DNA from: Octopus vulgaris
Taxonomy: Eukaryota
Direction of reading: 5' to 3'
NCBI GenBank assembly: GCA_951406725.2
Contig: OX597822.1
Location: forward strand, 19,716,001-19,780,000
DNA length: 64,000 nucleotides
Below are positions 1 to 13,744 of the stretch, piece after piece. The position numbers were made by a program, and so were the translations under genes. The notes below the pieces were generated by a model. That model was not told the origin of the DNA, ran no database searches, and was given only the letters and a program-made list of their open reading frames with translations. The first letter of the stretch is position 1, and every line of letters begins with the position of its first letter.

Positions 1-188
1 TACTCTATGTATGTGCTTGTGGAGTGGAAAACAACAGCTGGGTCAGGGGTTTGTGCCCTAGGTGGCCAGGGTGATCCTATATCTGTAGGGTTTCTTGACT
101 GGCTTTAGTCAGAGGCTGTCCTGTACCTAGAAGACTGCATCATCTATGTGTTCACATTCTTTGTATGCTATGTATATTTTTTATTGTG

Positions 189-502
189 AAGGTGTGTGGC
201 TTAATGGCTAGGGTATTCAGCTCATGATCATAAGGTCATGAGTTCAATTCCTGGCGATGAGCTATCTCCTTGAGCAAGACACTTCATTTCATGTTGTTCC
301 AGTCCACTCAGCTGGCAAAAATGAGTAGTACCTGTATTTCAAAGGGCCAGCCTTGTCACAGTGTCATGCTGAATCTCCCTGAGAACTACATTAAGGGTAC
401 ACATACCTGTAGAATGCTTTGTCACTTGCACGTTAATTTCATGAGCAGGCTGTTCTGTTGATTGGATCAACTGGAACCCACGTCGTAACAAATGGAGTGC
501 CA
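189..502 (+). mobile_element. tRNA-derived SINE (degenerate)
   Basis: tRNA-like head with A-box-like TGGCTTAATGG and B-box-like GAGTTCAATTCC, followed by a CCTTGAGCAAGACACT core. Boundaries approximate. Confidence 0.6.
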
Positions 503-862
503 GATATTTCTCATCTTATTTCCACCTTCTCTCTCTTTCCTCCCCTCATTTTTTTAACGTAAATCCCGACACTAATTGTAAACTGTCCTTGTAAAGTTCG
601 CCTTATTGATGCTCTTGTGGCAAACTAAAAAAAAATATTATCCTTATTATTACCAAGAAGGTGTTAGATTAGCAGAAATAACAGAATGTCTGATGCTATT
701 TACTTCTGTTTCTTTATGCTTAAAGTTCAAGCCTTGCTGGGGACTACATAATATTTTATTGTTTGGGGTCAATTATTTAATTACTACTCAAATCAACAAT
801 AAGCCTCATCCTGAATGTGGGTCTTCAGCCTAACTTAGAAATTATTATTATTATTATTACTA

Positions 863-980
863 AGGCAGTGAGCTGGCAGAATCATTAGCATTCCAGGCAA
901 AATGCTTAGCGGCATTTCGTCCGTCTTAATGTTTTGAGTTAAAATTCTGCCGAGATCAACTTTGCTTTTCATCCTTCTAT
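863..980 (+). mobile_element. SINE family A copy (GGCGGCGAGCTGGCAGAATCGTTAGC... type)
   Basis: The same sequence recurs at ~1206-1355, 9003-9090, 11513-11705, 28100-28323(-), 38160-38300, 46370-46995(-), 52080-53005(-), 54290-54660(-) and 55810-56010(-). B-box-like GAGTTCAAATTCC in the better-preserved copies. Confidence 0.75.
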
Positions 981-2111
981 ATTTCTATAATACACAAAAT
1001 ATTTTAACGAATTTTTAAATACAATTCCTTATAATATTTACGTATAAAAATATAATAAGATTTTAAAAACTTTGAATGGCTATGAGGATCTGCCTGAGTA
1101 AAATACAAATCAAAGGGGTCCACAGACAAAAAAAATGGTTGAGAACCACTGGATTGAAACCCACCCCCTTTAAAATTGCTGGTTTTTGCCTAAAATAGAA
1201 ACAATTTGGCAGAATCGTTAGCGCACCGGACGAGATGTTTGGTGACATTTTTTTCTACTTTGTTTTGAATTCAAATGACACCGCCGAGGTTGACTTTGCT
1301 TTTTATCCTTTCGGCATTGATAAAATAAATACCAGTTGAACACTGAGATCGATATTGCAGAAGATTATAAAATAAATCCGAGCAAGTGCGAGATGTCAAC
1401 CACCAAACCGAAGTTGATAAGCTCAAATAATTAGGTTGTGTTTAGCCACAGGTCAAGGGTATATAATGAAAGCTTAACAATACTGTGTTTATGAATGATT
1501 TAGACGTAATGGCATTTCATGCAAGATTTGGATTCGTCGAAATGTTTTGGTAGTAGATAGACTAAAATTTAAACGATACTAGAAAAATTTCTCCAATGCA
1601 TTCCGAAGTATGATAACCATTGGGTAATACACGTTTTCATCTACGAAGGCAATTTTATGATATTTTGTCGAAGTAAAAACGTTCATAGAAAAACTGTACA
1701 ATTAAATCAATATTATGTTTATGCCAGTTTCCTGAATAAATCCCACCACAACAATTGCGATGTACAAAATAATAAACAGTAGAGAAAGATGATAATATAT
1801 TAAGAAATTGGAATGGTGAAATATAAAACAGGGTTTAGGAGTCTAGATTCTGTGTTTTAGAGAACTGCCACTCGTGTCTTTAAAATTAAGTTACGTTATA
1901 TTATCGATACAATAGCGATTCTCTTTCACATACACATACCGCACGCATATATATACGTACACAGTTTCACATGCACATACATACTCACATGTACGTTTAT
2001 TTAACTAGAGACAGACACACGTTTGTCAATATTATATACCTATTACACAACCTAAATTATAAGAACAATTGTAGTATACATAAACTAACACGTTAAATAT
2101 ACGGCGTTGCG

Positions 2112-2169
<58 letters not shown>

Positions 2170-4266
2170 GTATGTATGCATGTGTGTGTGTGTAGACAGA
2201 GAACTGTGTGTCGTGTATAATTATTTATTACTAAAAATAGGAAGGCGTTATTATAGTTGGATTTATCAAACATATCAAATATGACGACAAGCACATGGAT
2301 AATTACACATTAGTCTTCGTCTTATACACATATATCTTAATTGTCATAGACAAAAATATTCATTTCGTAAATATATTCGTCACAAAAACCGTCGGCCTAA
2401 TACATGTATAGCAAGGGGACATGGAGAAGCTAATTATGAAAGAATATATGCTCGTTGTTCATTGAAAGAAACTTTTGATAATTACCTTAATCCGAACGAA
2501 TAAAGTTGAGATAAAATTCCTTTACACAAACTCCTGCCATCATTTGCTTTGTTCAGTCATTCGTGAAACTTCCTTGCCAACCAGCTGTAAACAATGAACC
2601 GGTGGAGGCTGATATCACTTGCCGCTTGAAATTAAGTCCGACGTCAGTTTGTTGTTGGGAAATCTGACTTTCCTCGACTAAACCAAAGGAAATCGCTAAA
2701 AGATAGACTGTTTCTTTTAAATCAACTCACCAATCTTTATATATCGGTAAAGTCTGACATAACGTAATATGATGAATAACTGAATTATGTATACAACTAG
2801 TCAATAAAATCTCCTCCTCGGTCTCTAACATGTTACTTTTATCCATTGACCTTAAAGATCACATACTCTCACATGTTACATCTTTGTATAATTTCCAGAC
2901 ATCTCAGTCCTATGTTTCTTTTTAGATATTAACCATCTCTAGAGAGAACTGCATGGATCATCTTAGTTTATCAGTTTTTCACCTTACTATATCATGGATA
3001 TGTGAGATTCTACAGAATTTTTACTTTGTATGAATACTTCCCAGAGGTATTTTTCCTCAGTCATGTTGCTTAAATTTCATAGTCGGCATCATTCCATTTC
3101 ATCACACACACACACGCACGCACGCACGTGCACACAAATACACACACGCACACACAAACACACGCACACACACACACACGCGCGCACACACACACATACA
3201 CACACACACACAAGCATGGCTGTGTGATTGAGACGTTCGCCTTCCAACCATATGGTTTTGTGTTCAGTACTACTGTGTGGCACCTTGAGCAGATGCTTTC
3301 TACCATAATCTTGGACTAACCAAAGCCTTGAGAGTGAAATGAGTGGATAGAAGTTCAAGACAAGCTTGTTGTATATGTATGTAAGTCTTGACATCACTGG
3401 ACAGTTATAAGCAAATGTTGCCAACTTACAAGTGGAATCCCTTGTTTCTAGTCTTCTCGGAAAATATTTCAGGGCTTGGTGAAATGTTATCTTACTTAGA
3501 AACAGGCAAGGGTTGGTGACAGGAAGGACATCCTACTGAAGAAAATTTGCCTCAGCAAACTCTGTCCAACCTACACAAGCATGAAAAAGTGGATATTAAA
3601 AATGATGATGATATATATGTGTGTGTGTGTATATATGTTATATATATACATATATGTACATACATATATATGTATATAGGTATGCATATATAATTTCAGG
3701 ATGTCATAAAGTAAACAATATGAAATACGAAAATAAAGTTGAATACGCAAAGAACGAGAGAAACAAATGGAAAACAAGACAAGTAACATAAAAAACGACC
3801 CTTCATCAGTTGTTGGCTGTCCTTCTACTCCTTATTTTGAGCAATGAACGACAATATAAGATTTCGAAGGCAGTTGCTCCCACGAACCAGAATAAAATTT
3901 GGTATTTGTGGAGGGTCAAAGACAAGCAAGGAGGGCTATTAGGCCAAGACAAGGTAAGGTAGTGAACGCTGGAAGAATATTCTTTGATAAGAGAAAAGAT
4001 AGGAGAGGAGACAGATAAGAATGCACCTGGACTGCGTGACAGACTGAAGAAAAAGAAAGATGATCAAGTGAGGAAAGGCAAGATGGATGAAGGTCACGTT
4101 ATAGGTGGTTTTTCCTTGAGCAGGTAAATAAAGATTAAAGTAAAAAGGAAAAGGCAAACTATTTGGCATCACTTGAGAAGTCATTTAATTTAGATAGAAA
4201 ATATATCTGCATTCTCTATTTTAATTAAATGTCTTTTCAAGTACGTTTTCATTTTTAGTTTAATAG

Positions 4267-4347
<81 letters not shown>

Positions 4348-4349
<2 letters not shown>

Positions 4350-5423
4350 GGGTGTGTAAGGTATTTGAGGACACACCTTTTTTGGGTTATTGCTGAACAT
4401 TTTTTACTAACTTTGTAAAATCCTTGTTTCAGTAAATAATAATGACAGATCCTCAGCTTACTCAAGAAATGAAGAGGCATGCTGTTATTGTGGTTATAAA
4501 GGCTGAACATAGCGATTTAGAAATAACTCGATTTTTAAAAGTTGCCAGTTCTTTTGTCTATAAAGTTTGTAAGGAAATGTTGTCCACAAAGACACCAGAT
4601 ATAAGTCTTATATGATGAAGAAAGGTCAATTTGTCAGAAAAAGCAAAAGAACATCACAACATCAAATATAAAAGGTTCTTAAACAAACTGAAAAATCCAG
4701 CAGAAGAAGATTTAATTTGGTTTTTCTCAAACGAGAAAAACTTCGACCAAGACCAAAAAGTTAACAGAAAAAATGACAGATGGTATGTGCAGACCCTTCT
4801 GAAGTTCCAAGTGTTATGCATACAAAATTTCTTGCAACTGTCATGGTTTTAGGGGTTGTCAGCAATGAAGGACATGTAAGGCTTCACTTCTTTCCACAAG
4901 GTCTTAGAGTTAACTCTGCTGCCTACATTGAGGTCCTGGAAATAATTGTTATGCTCTGGATAGACAATGTATGCAATGGAAGGCCATATGTATTTCACTA
5001 AGACTCTGCACTATCACACATGGCTCTAGTAATACAGTAATGGATGGCTGAAAATTTTCATGATCACATAACCCCTAACATTCGGCCTCCTAATTCCCCA
5101 GATCTCAATCCATTGGACTATTACATGTGGAGCATTGTTGAGAGAGAGGTCAGTGAACATGCCCATAACACCAAAGATTCTCTGAAAGCTGCCATAGTCA
5201 GAGTAATGTCCAAAATGAACCAGGACCACTTGATTCGAGCATGTATATGATTTAGATCTCATATAGAAGCAGTTGTTGAAGCTGAAGGTGGCTTTATTGA
5301 ATAACATTATAGAAAAGAAGGTTTAGTTTTATCCTCATAGCATTTTTTGATAAATAAAATTATCTGTTATTATATCTGTTTTTTTTTTATGAACATAAAT
5401 CTGTCCTCAAATATCTTACCCTC

Positions 5424-5425
<2 letters not shown>
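4348..5425 (+). mobile_element. Tc1/mariner DD37D (maT-type) transposon, defective
   Basis: TA then TIR CAGGGTGTGTAAGGTATTTGAGGACA, matched by TGTCCTCAAATATCTTACCCTCTG at the right end. Transposase fragments WFFSNEKNF and YVFH*DSALSH...PPNSPDLNPLDYYMW, with 37 residues counted between the 2nd and 3rd catalytic D. Stops, frameshifts and an internal deletion. Confidence 0.9.
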
Positions 5426-5483
<58 letters not shown>

Positions 5484-5484
<1 letters not shown>

Positions 5485-6022
5485 CAAAATTAGAGAATGG
5501 AGAAACATACTTAAATCAGTAAAACATCAACTATCCGATGATACTCAATCCATACTTTAATACACCATTACATATGAGTAAAGGCAATATATAAAATGAA
5601 ATGAGATATACAGTAATAGTAAAAAGATAAAGAGATATAAGTAAAAAATTTCAAATATAATATGCAAATAAATCAAAAACTGACAGCTGTTTCGGCAGTG
5701 AGGACAGTCATACCTCATTTAACCTATAAGCCATAAAGGCAGGTATAAATGAGGCATTTATACCTGCCTTTATGGCTTATAGGTTAAATGAGGTATGACT
5801 GTCCTCACTGCCGAAACAGCTGTCAGTTTTTGATTTATTTGCATATTATATTTGAAATTTTTTACTTATATCTCTTTATCTTTTTACTATTACTGTATAT
5901 CTCATTTCATTTTATATATTGCCTTTACTCATATGTAATGGTGTATTAAAGTATGGATTGAGTATCATCGGATAGTTGATGTTTTACTGATTTAAGTATG
6001 TTTCTCCATTCTCTAATTTTGT
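5484..6022. repeat. Long palindrome (268-bp arms, 3-nt loop AGG), probable PLE pseudo-LTR fold-back
   Basis: 5484-5751 is the reverse complement of 5755-6022, with no indels and no mismatches seen by eye. Contains CCGAAACAGCTGTC, the 3' half of a hammerhead. Confidence 0.92.
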
Positions 6023-6260
6023 AGTATTAATTTACGGTAATATTATTACCTTTACCCATTTAATACAATAGATGAACTGATTGTTTGACAACTTTTAACA
6101 TCTATGTATTAATTTTGTTGGGTACCTATCTAGCAGTATATTGGATATATATTATCCCATGGTGGGTTGAATTTTCAACCCCTATCTCATTTTATATATA
6201 TATATATATATGTGTACATACATACATTCATACAAACATACATATATATATATATATATA

Positions 6261-6655
6261 CTAGCAGTATCGCCCGGCGTTGCTCGGGTTTGTAAGGGAA
6301 ATAATTATATAAGCATTTTTAGAGATGTAAAGTATAATAGCCATCTCAATATGGCTAACCACAAAGGGGGAGGGGTGTTACTGTAGCTTTTTACGTTCTG
6401 AGATTTAATAATAAATTTTAGAGAGTTACTTCCCTTATATATGTCAAAAATGGATTAAAAATGGGAAAAATTGATGGTAAATTTTTTTTTAAATCGTAGA
6501 CTCATCGTAGACGCGCGCTAATACCCAGACGGTCTCGATATGAATCACGACTATAAGATACCCGGTTTTGGTTAAACTGCACCGCAAAATGTGGGAGTAG
6601 TTAGGAATCTAAATCGTAGGAGACAGACACACAACCTCACTTTTATATATAAAGA
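6261..6655 (-). mobile_element. Non-autonomous Helitron
   Basis: On the minus strand it starts A|TC (6655) and ends with the imperfect hairpin CCCGAGCAACGCCGGG, 8 nt, then CTAG|T (6261). No TSD. Similar 3' ends at ~41094(-) and ~26733(+). Confidence 0.8.
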
Positions 6656-6816
6656 TTTCCTCTATTTACATAATATTGAGGTCTCTTTCTTTCTTTTGTT
6701 ATCTTACTGTTTTTACCAATATACATATATATATATATAAATATATATATAGTTACAGAGATGTACTTGCATAGCAAGTGACTTGATCTGAGATCGTGTG
6801 CTGGAACGAAAACAGT

Positions 6817-7072
6817 TGCAGCGTTGAAGGTGTTTATAAGCCTTTTAGAAACACACAAAAACCGTTAGATTCACTTCAACATTTAAATTTAATTTGTCAA
6901 AATATTTTCATCGCTTTGAGACCGCGACCTGTTAGCACGATATTTTTGTCAGTGAACAGGTCACGGTCTCAAAGTGACGAAAATATTTTGGCAAATTAAA
7001 TTTAAATGTTGAAGTGAATGTAACGGTTTTTGTGTGTTTCTTAAATGGCTTACAAACACCTTCCACGCTGCA
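6817..7072. repeat. Imperfect inverted repeat (~116-bp arms, 21-bp spacer) of a PLE pLTR-like repeat
   Basis: 6817-6933 is the reverse complement of 6955-7072 with scattered substitutions. A third copy lies at ~17354-17490. Confidence 0.88.
6945..6995 (+). ncRNA. Candidate minimal type-I hammerhead ribozyme, G3-C8 variant
   Basis: UUUGUCA [GUGAACA] G GUCAC-ggucucaaa-GUGAC [GAAA] AUAU [UU] UGGCAAA. Helix I, helix II and a palindromic AAUAUU helix III. Confidence 0.6.
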
Positions 7073-7409
7073 ATATATATATACACACATATATATATAT
7101 GTATGTATGTATGTATGTGTGTATATGTGTATGCATGTATGTGTGTGTGTGTGCGTGTCTGTGCTTGTGATTGTCCTCCACGACTGCTTGACAACGAATG
7201 TTGGTTTGTTTACATCCCTGTCACCTAGTGGTTTGACAAAGGAAACAGATAGAATAAGTACAATGCTTACAAAAATAAAACGAGTTGATTCATTAAACTG
7301 CAATTCTTCAAGGCATTGCCCCAGCATGGCCACAGACCAATGGCTGGAAAAAGCAGAAGAATAAAAGAATACATTCTCTGCTTTGGTCTTATGTTCAAGG
7401 CATGAGAAA

Positions 7410-7892
7410 GCTTGAGTTTACATGAGAAGGCCTAACAGACCTGGTAGAAACAGCAGCCAAATCTCCCTCAAATCACACCTTACTGTCTTATGTATGTATA
7501 TATATATGAGCCAATGAGGGGGACCTCTACATGGTAGCTAGACCTGGTAGAAATAGCAGCCAAATTTCCCCCAAATCACACCTTACTGTCTTATCTATAT
7601 TTCCTGAGCGCCATACTAATACAATTGTTCGTTTGTTTTCCACCTGCCTTCGTCTTTTGTTTATTTTCATAAAGCTTCCCGTTATATATGTATGTATGAG
7701 CCTATGAGGGAGACCCCTACATGGCAGCTAGACCTGGTAGAAATAGCAGCCAAATTTCCCCCAAATCACACCTTACTGTCTTATCTATGTATATATGTAT
7801 GTATGAGCCTATGAGGGAGACCCCTACATGGCAGCTAGACATGGTAGAAATAGCAGCCAAATCTCCCTCAAATCACACCTTACTGTCTTATC
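7410..7892. repeat. ~107-bp minisatellite, about 4 copies with an ~90-bp interruption
   Basis: Repeated GAGCCTATGAGGGAGACCCCTACATGGCAGCTAGACCTGGTAGAAATAGCAGCCAAAT...CACACCTTACTGTCTTA. Confidence 0.85.
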
Positions 7893-8431
7893 TTTCTGCT
7901 ACTTGGATATAGGTGTTATATTCGTCGTAAAAAACTTTCCTGTCACACACTCACGCACACGCACACACACACACACACACACGCATCCTCACACACACAC
8001 GCGCACACCCACACACACCCACTCACACACACGCACGTTAGCTTACAATTTTATTTATATATTTGCGTGTCATGTGTGGAAAGAGGAAGTGGGAGGTAGA
8101 GTGAAAGAATCACTCACTACAGTAAGTCAATTACTTTCATTTTATTCGTTGCCCACTGTGTGTGTGCGTTTGCGTGTGGTGTAAACCAGACTAAGAAAAG
8201 CATTTGACACACACACCAGAATGTGAGTTTTCTGTAAATTTTGCTTAATTGGAATTTAAATTTTAAAAACTGGACCTGGCATGACGCGATGCATTGTACT
8301 CTTAAAAATGCAAGGTAAATTGTAATTGAAGAAATCCTATATTGTAGATTTGTATAACTCCCAAAGGGAGGCAGATAAAATCTGCCTTTTATAATAAGAT
8401 ATAATAAGAGATATATATATATATATATATA

Positions 8432-8890
8432 TGATGATGATAAATATCACTTTATAGCTGAATCACTACCAGAACTGGAGAAAAAATTCAGGAGTGGAAG
8501 CAAGTCCTCAGCATTAATTTAGCAAAAACCAAAATCTTAGTTAATAGGAAAACTGACAAATCACAAATCTCTCCAGGTAGATGGCCTTACTCTGTGTAGA
8601 AAAGGCATAGGTAGAAACTCTACAAGGTGTACCTGGAGCAAGCTATGGACACAAGATGTGCAGCAGTATCAGAGGAAGGTAATAGGGAAAATAGTCTTTA
8701 TGTGTGCAGATGTACAGGTACAATAAACACTAGAAATGTACAGAAAATAGACTCCATCAAATGCCAGGGGGAATACCTAGAAGTAGTTGGTAGTTCTTGT
8801 TATCTAGAGTAAGAATAGGCTGGGGAAAATTCAGATAGCTTCTACCTTTGTTGGTAACAAAGGGCCCCTCCCTCAAAGTGAAAGGCACTG
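8432..8890 (+). pseudogene. RTE/RTE-X LINE RT relic
   Basis: Broken translation with IAESLPELEKKFR, INLAKTKILV, CQGEYLEVVGSSCYL and LVTKGPSLKVKG. Confidence 0.6.
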
Positions 8891-9597
8891 CTAAATATAG
8901 GTGCTGTGAGTTAGTTCATTGTGCAATAAATGAGTTTGATGTGCTAAACCAATCATTCAATAATCAATTTGATTTACTAATTAATCATTATCAAGATTGA
9001 GAAGGTGGTGAGCTGGCAGAATCATTACTGCACTGGATAAATTGCCAAGCAGCATCTCTTCTGTCTTTATGTCAAATTCGAATTCTGTTGAAAGGATTAT
9101 TAAAACTGGGTGGATCAGTTTGGTATTATCAACACCATGACTAAGTGATTGAGAAATTTGCTTCTTAACTACATACTTTCAGGTTCTGTCCCACTGTGTG
9201 TACCTTGGGCAAGTGTCTTCCACCATAGCCTAGCCCCAGGCCAACCAAAACCTTGTGAGTGGATTTGGTAGATGAACACTGAAAGTAAACTGTCATATAT
9301 CATCATCATCACGCCCATCATCATTTAGCATCTGTTATGCTGGCATGGATTAGACAGTTTGATTGGAACTGGTAAGCTAGAGAGCTGCCCCATACTCCAC
9401 TGTGTTTTGGCTTGGTTCTACAACTGGATGCCCTTCCTAATGCCAAGCACTTCAGAGTGTAGTGAGTGCCTTTTATGTGTCATTGGCTCTGGTTACGACT
9501 ATGATTTCACTTAACTTGTTGTACCTTCTCAAGCACTGCAAATTGTCAAAGACACACACATACACACACATGCTATTTATATATCTTCTTGTCTTGA

Positions 9598-10650
9598 CAT
9601 CATTTAATATCTGTTGTCCATATTGGCCTGGGTTGGATGGTTTGACTGGGCTGGTATGCTGGAAGGCTGTACCAGACTCCAGTCTGATTTGGCATGGTTT
9701 TCTATGGCTGGATGCCCTTCTGAACACCAACTACTCCGAGAGTGTAATGGGTGCTTTTACATGCCATTGGCACAGGTGCCATTTGCATGACACTGGGGTG
9801 TGTTTATGTGACACTGGCATGGGTGCCACTTTGCATGACACTGGTATCTGCCATGACTGCAATTTTGCTCAGCTTGATGGGTCTCCTTCTCAAGCATGAC
9901 ATAATGCCAAAGGTCTTAGTCATTGCCTCTGTGAGGCCCAACACTTGAAAGGAACTGGGCCAGTTTGCCTCCATGAAGCCCAATGCTCAAAAGGAACTCA
10001 GCCACCTCACCTCCATGAGGCCCAACACTTGAAAGGAACTTAGCCACTTTACCTCTGTCAGGCCCAACACTTGAGAGGATCTCAGCCACTTTGTCTCCGT
10101 GAGGCCCAATGTTCAAAAGATGTTCCATCAGCATGAGTGCACTTGGCTTGATGGGTCCTCTCAAGCACAGCACATTGTCAAAGGTCTTGGTCACTAGTCA
10201 TTGCCTCTGTGAGGCTCAAAATTTGAAGATTATGCTTCACCACCTCGTCCCATGTCTTCCTGGGTCTACCTCTACCGCAGGCTCCCTCCACGGTTAGAGT
10301 TCAGCATTTCTTTATAAAGCTGTCGTTGTCCATATGCATCACATGACTGTACCAGCACAGTCATCTCTCTAGTACACCACATCTGATTCCTGTTATGCCT
10401 AGCTTTTCTCTTAAGATGTTTATACTCTGTTGAACATGCACACTGACATTGCACATCCAGTGAAACATACTGGCTTCATTTCTCTCAAGCCTACGCATGT
10501 CCTCAGCTGTTACAGCCCATGTTTCACTGCCATGCAGCATAGCTGTTCACACACACAGGCATCAAACAATCTGCCTTTCACTCTGAAAGAGAGACCCTTT
10601 GTTGCCAGCAGGAGTAGGAGTTCTCTGCACTTTGCCCAGCTTATCATGTG
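9598..10650 (-). mobile_element. RTE-X-like LINE 3' fragment with an internal ~40-bp tandem repeat (9925-10110)
   Basis: LATKGLSFRVKGRLFDACV, HGSETWAV and GRGRPRKTWDEVV motifs with stops. The 3' UTR ends in GATGATG. Related 3' ends at ~9301-9540 and 12611-12785. Confidence 0.75.
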
Positions 10651-11339
10651 ATTGTTGTAAATGAGTATCACTGTTATACAAACAGTGTCATTCATTTCCA
10701 GTATTCTATTCAAACATTTCTGGCAATCACCTTGCTTGAAAATAGGTGAGTGTTAGTGATAGGAAGGGTATCTGGTCATAGAAAATCTGCCTCAACAAGT
10801 TCTGTCTGACCCATGAACAAGTGGACATTAAAATGATGGTGATGATAATGATAATAATATCAATCATCTCCAAAAAACCAATCAGAGATTTTAAAACAGG
10901 TACCAAAGACACCTGTTTAAAAATACATAATAGCAATCTTAATTGCTATATTTTTTCATAATTAAGATTGGGTGACTCATATAGATTACTATTAATGTAT
11001 TATAGAAAATGTAATACCAGTCACCTTAATAAATCAATTTGAGGATTTTTAAGCATTTGCCAGAGACATGGTGTAAAGAGGTAGGTGTGGCAAAACTGCA
11101 TCCAGATTGCTGCTAGCAACTCTGAGAAGGCCCAAGCAACAAAGAAGAAAAGAGACATTTTTATGACCCCCATTTGACCAAAGCTTACATATTTACCTCA
11201 GTTGCAACAGAGTCTGTCAGATCAGTTTCCATAGCAACCCGAGGAGACCTGTTGCCCTTTCTCATGACCTGCCATCATCAGATGAAATGTGCTGCAATCA
11301 CAGAAATCATCAAATTTGAGATTTTTCTTCAAGTTTATT

Positions 11340-12140
11340 ATTGATAATCTTTATATTCGATTGAATCCTTGGTGTTTTATTCAATCTTTGTAAAAGTATG
11401 TCACACAATTTGAAGAAAATTCATGGAGTGCACAAGCTATGGTTAAGTCTTAGGTAGAAGATTTCAAAGATACTTCAATCATTTGATTCTACTGTAATGA
11501 TTCCACAATATGCTTAGCAGTATTTCGTCTGCCATTATGTTCTGAGTTTAAATTCCTCCGAGGTCGACTTTGCCTTTCATCCTATCGGTGTCGATCAAAT
11601 AAGTACCAGTTACGCACTGGGGTTGATGCAATTGACTTAATCCCTTTGTCTGTCCTTGTTTGTCCCCTCTATGTTTAGCCCCCCTCCCTGGGCAATAAAG
11701 AAATAAATATGGTCATTATTCTCATTTTGAGTTTCATTACGGTTGAGAGTATTCTGCAGATCCATTGTTGACATACTGATCATTATTATTTAAAACATCA
11801 TCTGAGATTTGCAGAAAAACTGTGTAAAAGTGCCTTTGTTGCACAAACATGAGCTAACCACCTGTTATCTAACATTCTTTTCACAATAGGCAAATGAGTG
11901 CTACCAACAGACAATACAGAAAAAAGGAAATCCTATTTTTAGGTAAAAGCATACAAAAATGTGTGGAGGACTTGTTTCAATGCAAAGAAAATAAATACTG
12001 CTTGATAACATTCAGCAGTACATTTTCCACCCAATTTTAATGAATGCATAAAATGTGGAATGTAATCTGCTGCAGCTCTTCATATTCTAAGCCACTAGAC
12101 TTGCCACTCAGGTTGATGTAATTGTCATAACTTTGAGCGT
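11340..12140 (-). pseudogene. hAT transposase relic interrupted by a SINE (11513-11705)
   Basis: Minus-strand remnants QSYDNYINLSGKSSGL and KRMLDNRWLAHVCATKAL resemble the hAT GQSYDNA.NMSG and L.DTRW motifs. Confidence 0.55.
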
Positions 12141-12174
12141 GGCAGTCTTTTTTTTTTATATATATATCAATCTA

Positions 12175-12330
12175 GGTGCAGGTGTGGCTGTGTGGTAAGA
12201 TGCTTGCTTCCCAACCACATGGTTTCGGGTTCAGTCCTACTGTGTGACAATATGGGCAAATGTGTACTACTATAGCCTTGGACCAACCAAAGCCTTGTGA
12301 GTTGATTTGGAAGATGGAAACTGAAAGAAA
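12175..12330 (+). mobile_element. SINE family B copy (GGCGCAGGCGTGGCTGTGTGGTAAG... type)
   Basis: tRNA-like head with GGTTCAGTCCCAC B-box. Copies at ~3215-3370, 9140-9295, 35617-35779, 48300-48468(-), 62650-62805(-) and 63753-63910. Confidence 0.75.
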
Positions 12331-13152
12331 CTTAGAAAATTACTATTTGTAAATCTCATGAGAAATATCCAGCAACAGTTCTGTGCTGATGAAGAGAAAT
12401 GACCCAGAAATTACGATACACAGATATTGTTTTCAGCTGAGTGGGGGTGCTAGATTCCCTTGTTCGAACATATAAGGACACAGATTGTGTCTCCTGGGGC
12501 TAAATTACAGTAAGATTCATCCTAAACGAGGACAGCCATGTTATATTGGCAAATAATCTTTACTCTGAAAGAAGCTTGACGAATATATATATATATATAT
12601 ATATATATATCATCATCATCATCATCATCATCGTTTAACGTCCGTTCTCCATGCTAGCATGGGTTGGACGGTTCGACCGGGGTTCTGGGAAGCCAGAAGG
12701 CTGCACCAGGCTCCAGTCTAATCTGGCAATGTTTCTACAGCTGGATGCCCTTCCTAACGCCAACCACTCCGTGAGTGTAGTGGGTGATATATATATATAA
12801 CCCGGCAATGCTGGGTCATAGTGCTAGTGCATGCATATGCAGCTGTGTGCATGCACCCATACATGCGAGTACTGTCCAAATCTCCGACCAATCACATACA
12901 GATAGCTGGCATTCAATTGGCGTATCAAGTTTTGGGCATTTTGATTGGGTTTTGGATAGAAAATTCACAAAAAAGTCACTTCTATTGATTTTTTAATGGC
13001 TTTGCGGGGTAACTGGGGAAATGCAATCCTTACATGACCATCCTTGGACGGCTTTGAATGACCATAGAAAGTGCGAGCCCTCTAACTGAAAAATTGTGGA
13101 TTTGTATAAAGGTCACACACACACACACACACACACAGACAGACATTTTGCT

Positions 13153-13193
<41 letters not shown>

Positions 13194-13323
13194 AATGAGG
13201 TAATCAGATCGGATGGTTCATATTTATAGATATTTATTTATATATTACATTTTTTACATATATATCATATCATTCAGATCATATCATTCGGATTATTAGC
13301 GCTTTCTCCCAATCCAGTGGGGT

Positions 13324-13357
<34 letters not shown>

Positions 13358-13368
13358 CATGCATACAC

Positions 13369-13402
<34 letters not shown>

Positions 13403-13744
13403 ATGTCTGTGTTTGTCTCCCACCACTGCTTGGCAATCTGTGCTGGTATGTTCACATCCCCTGTAGTATAGCAATTCGACAAAAAAAAAAACCAAAAAAA
13501 AACTGAGTAAGTAGTACTAGGCTTAAAAAATTAAGTCCTGGTGTTGATTTGTTCAGCAAAACCATTGAAGGTGGTGCCCGAGCATGGCTGCACTCAAATG
13601 ACTGAAACAAGTAAAAGACAAAAGAGAATACCATCTACTTTTAAAGTCAAGAAAAACTGATTGAGCACCTTTGATCCCCAAATTGCATTCTCTGATATAT
13701 ATAATGCAAGTATATACTAAATAATTATAGCATGTATAAATAAA

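Noticed and set aside
11100-11230. Possible CRE-type RLE endonuclease remnant (AASNSEKAQ...YIFTSVATES)
   Set aside because: Too short and frameshifted to support without a profile search.
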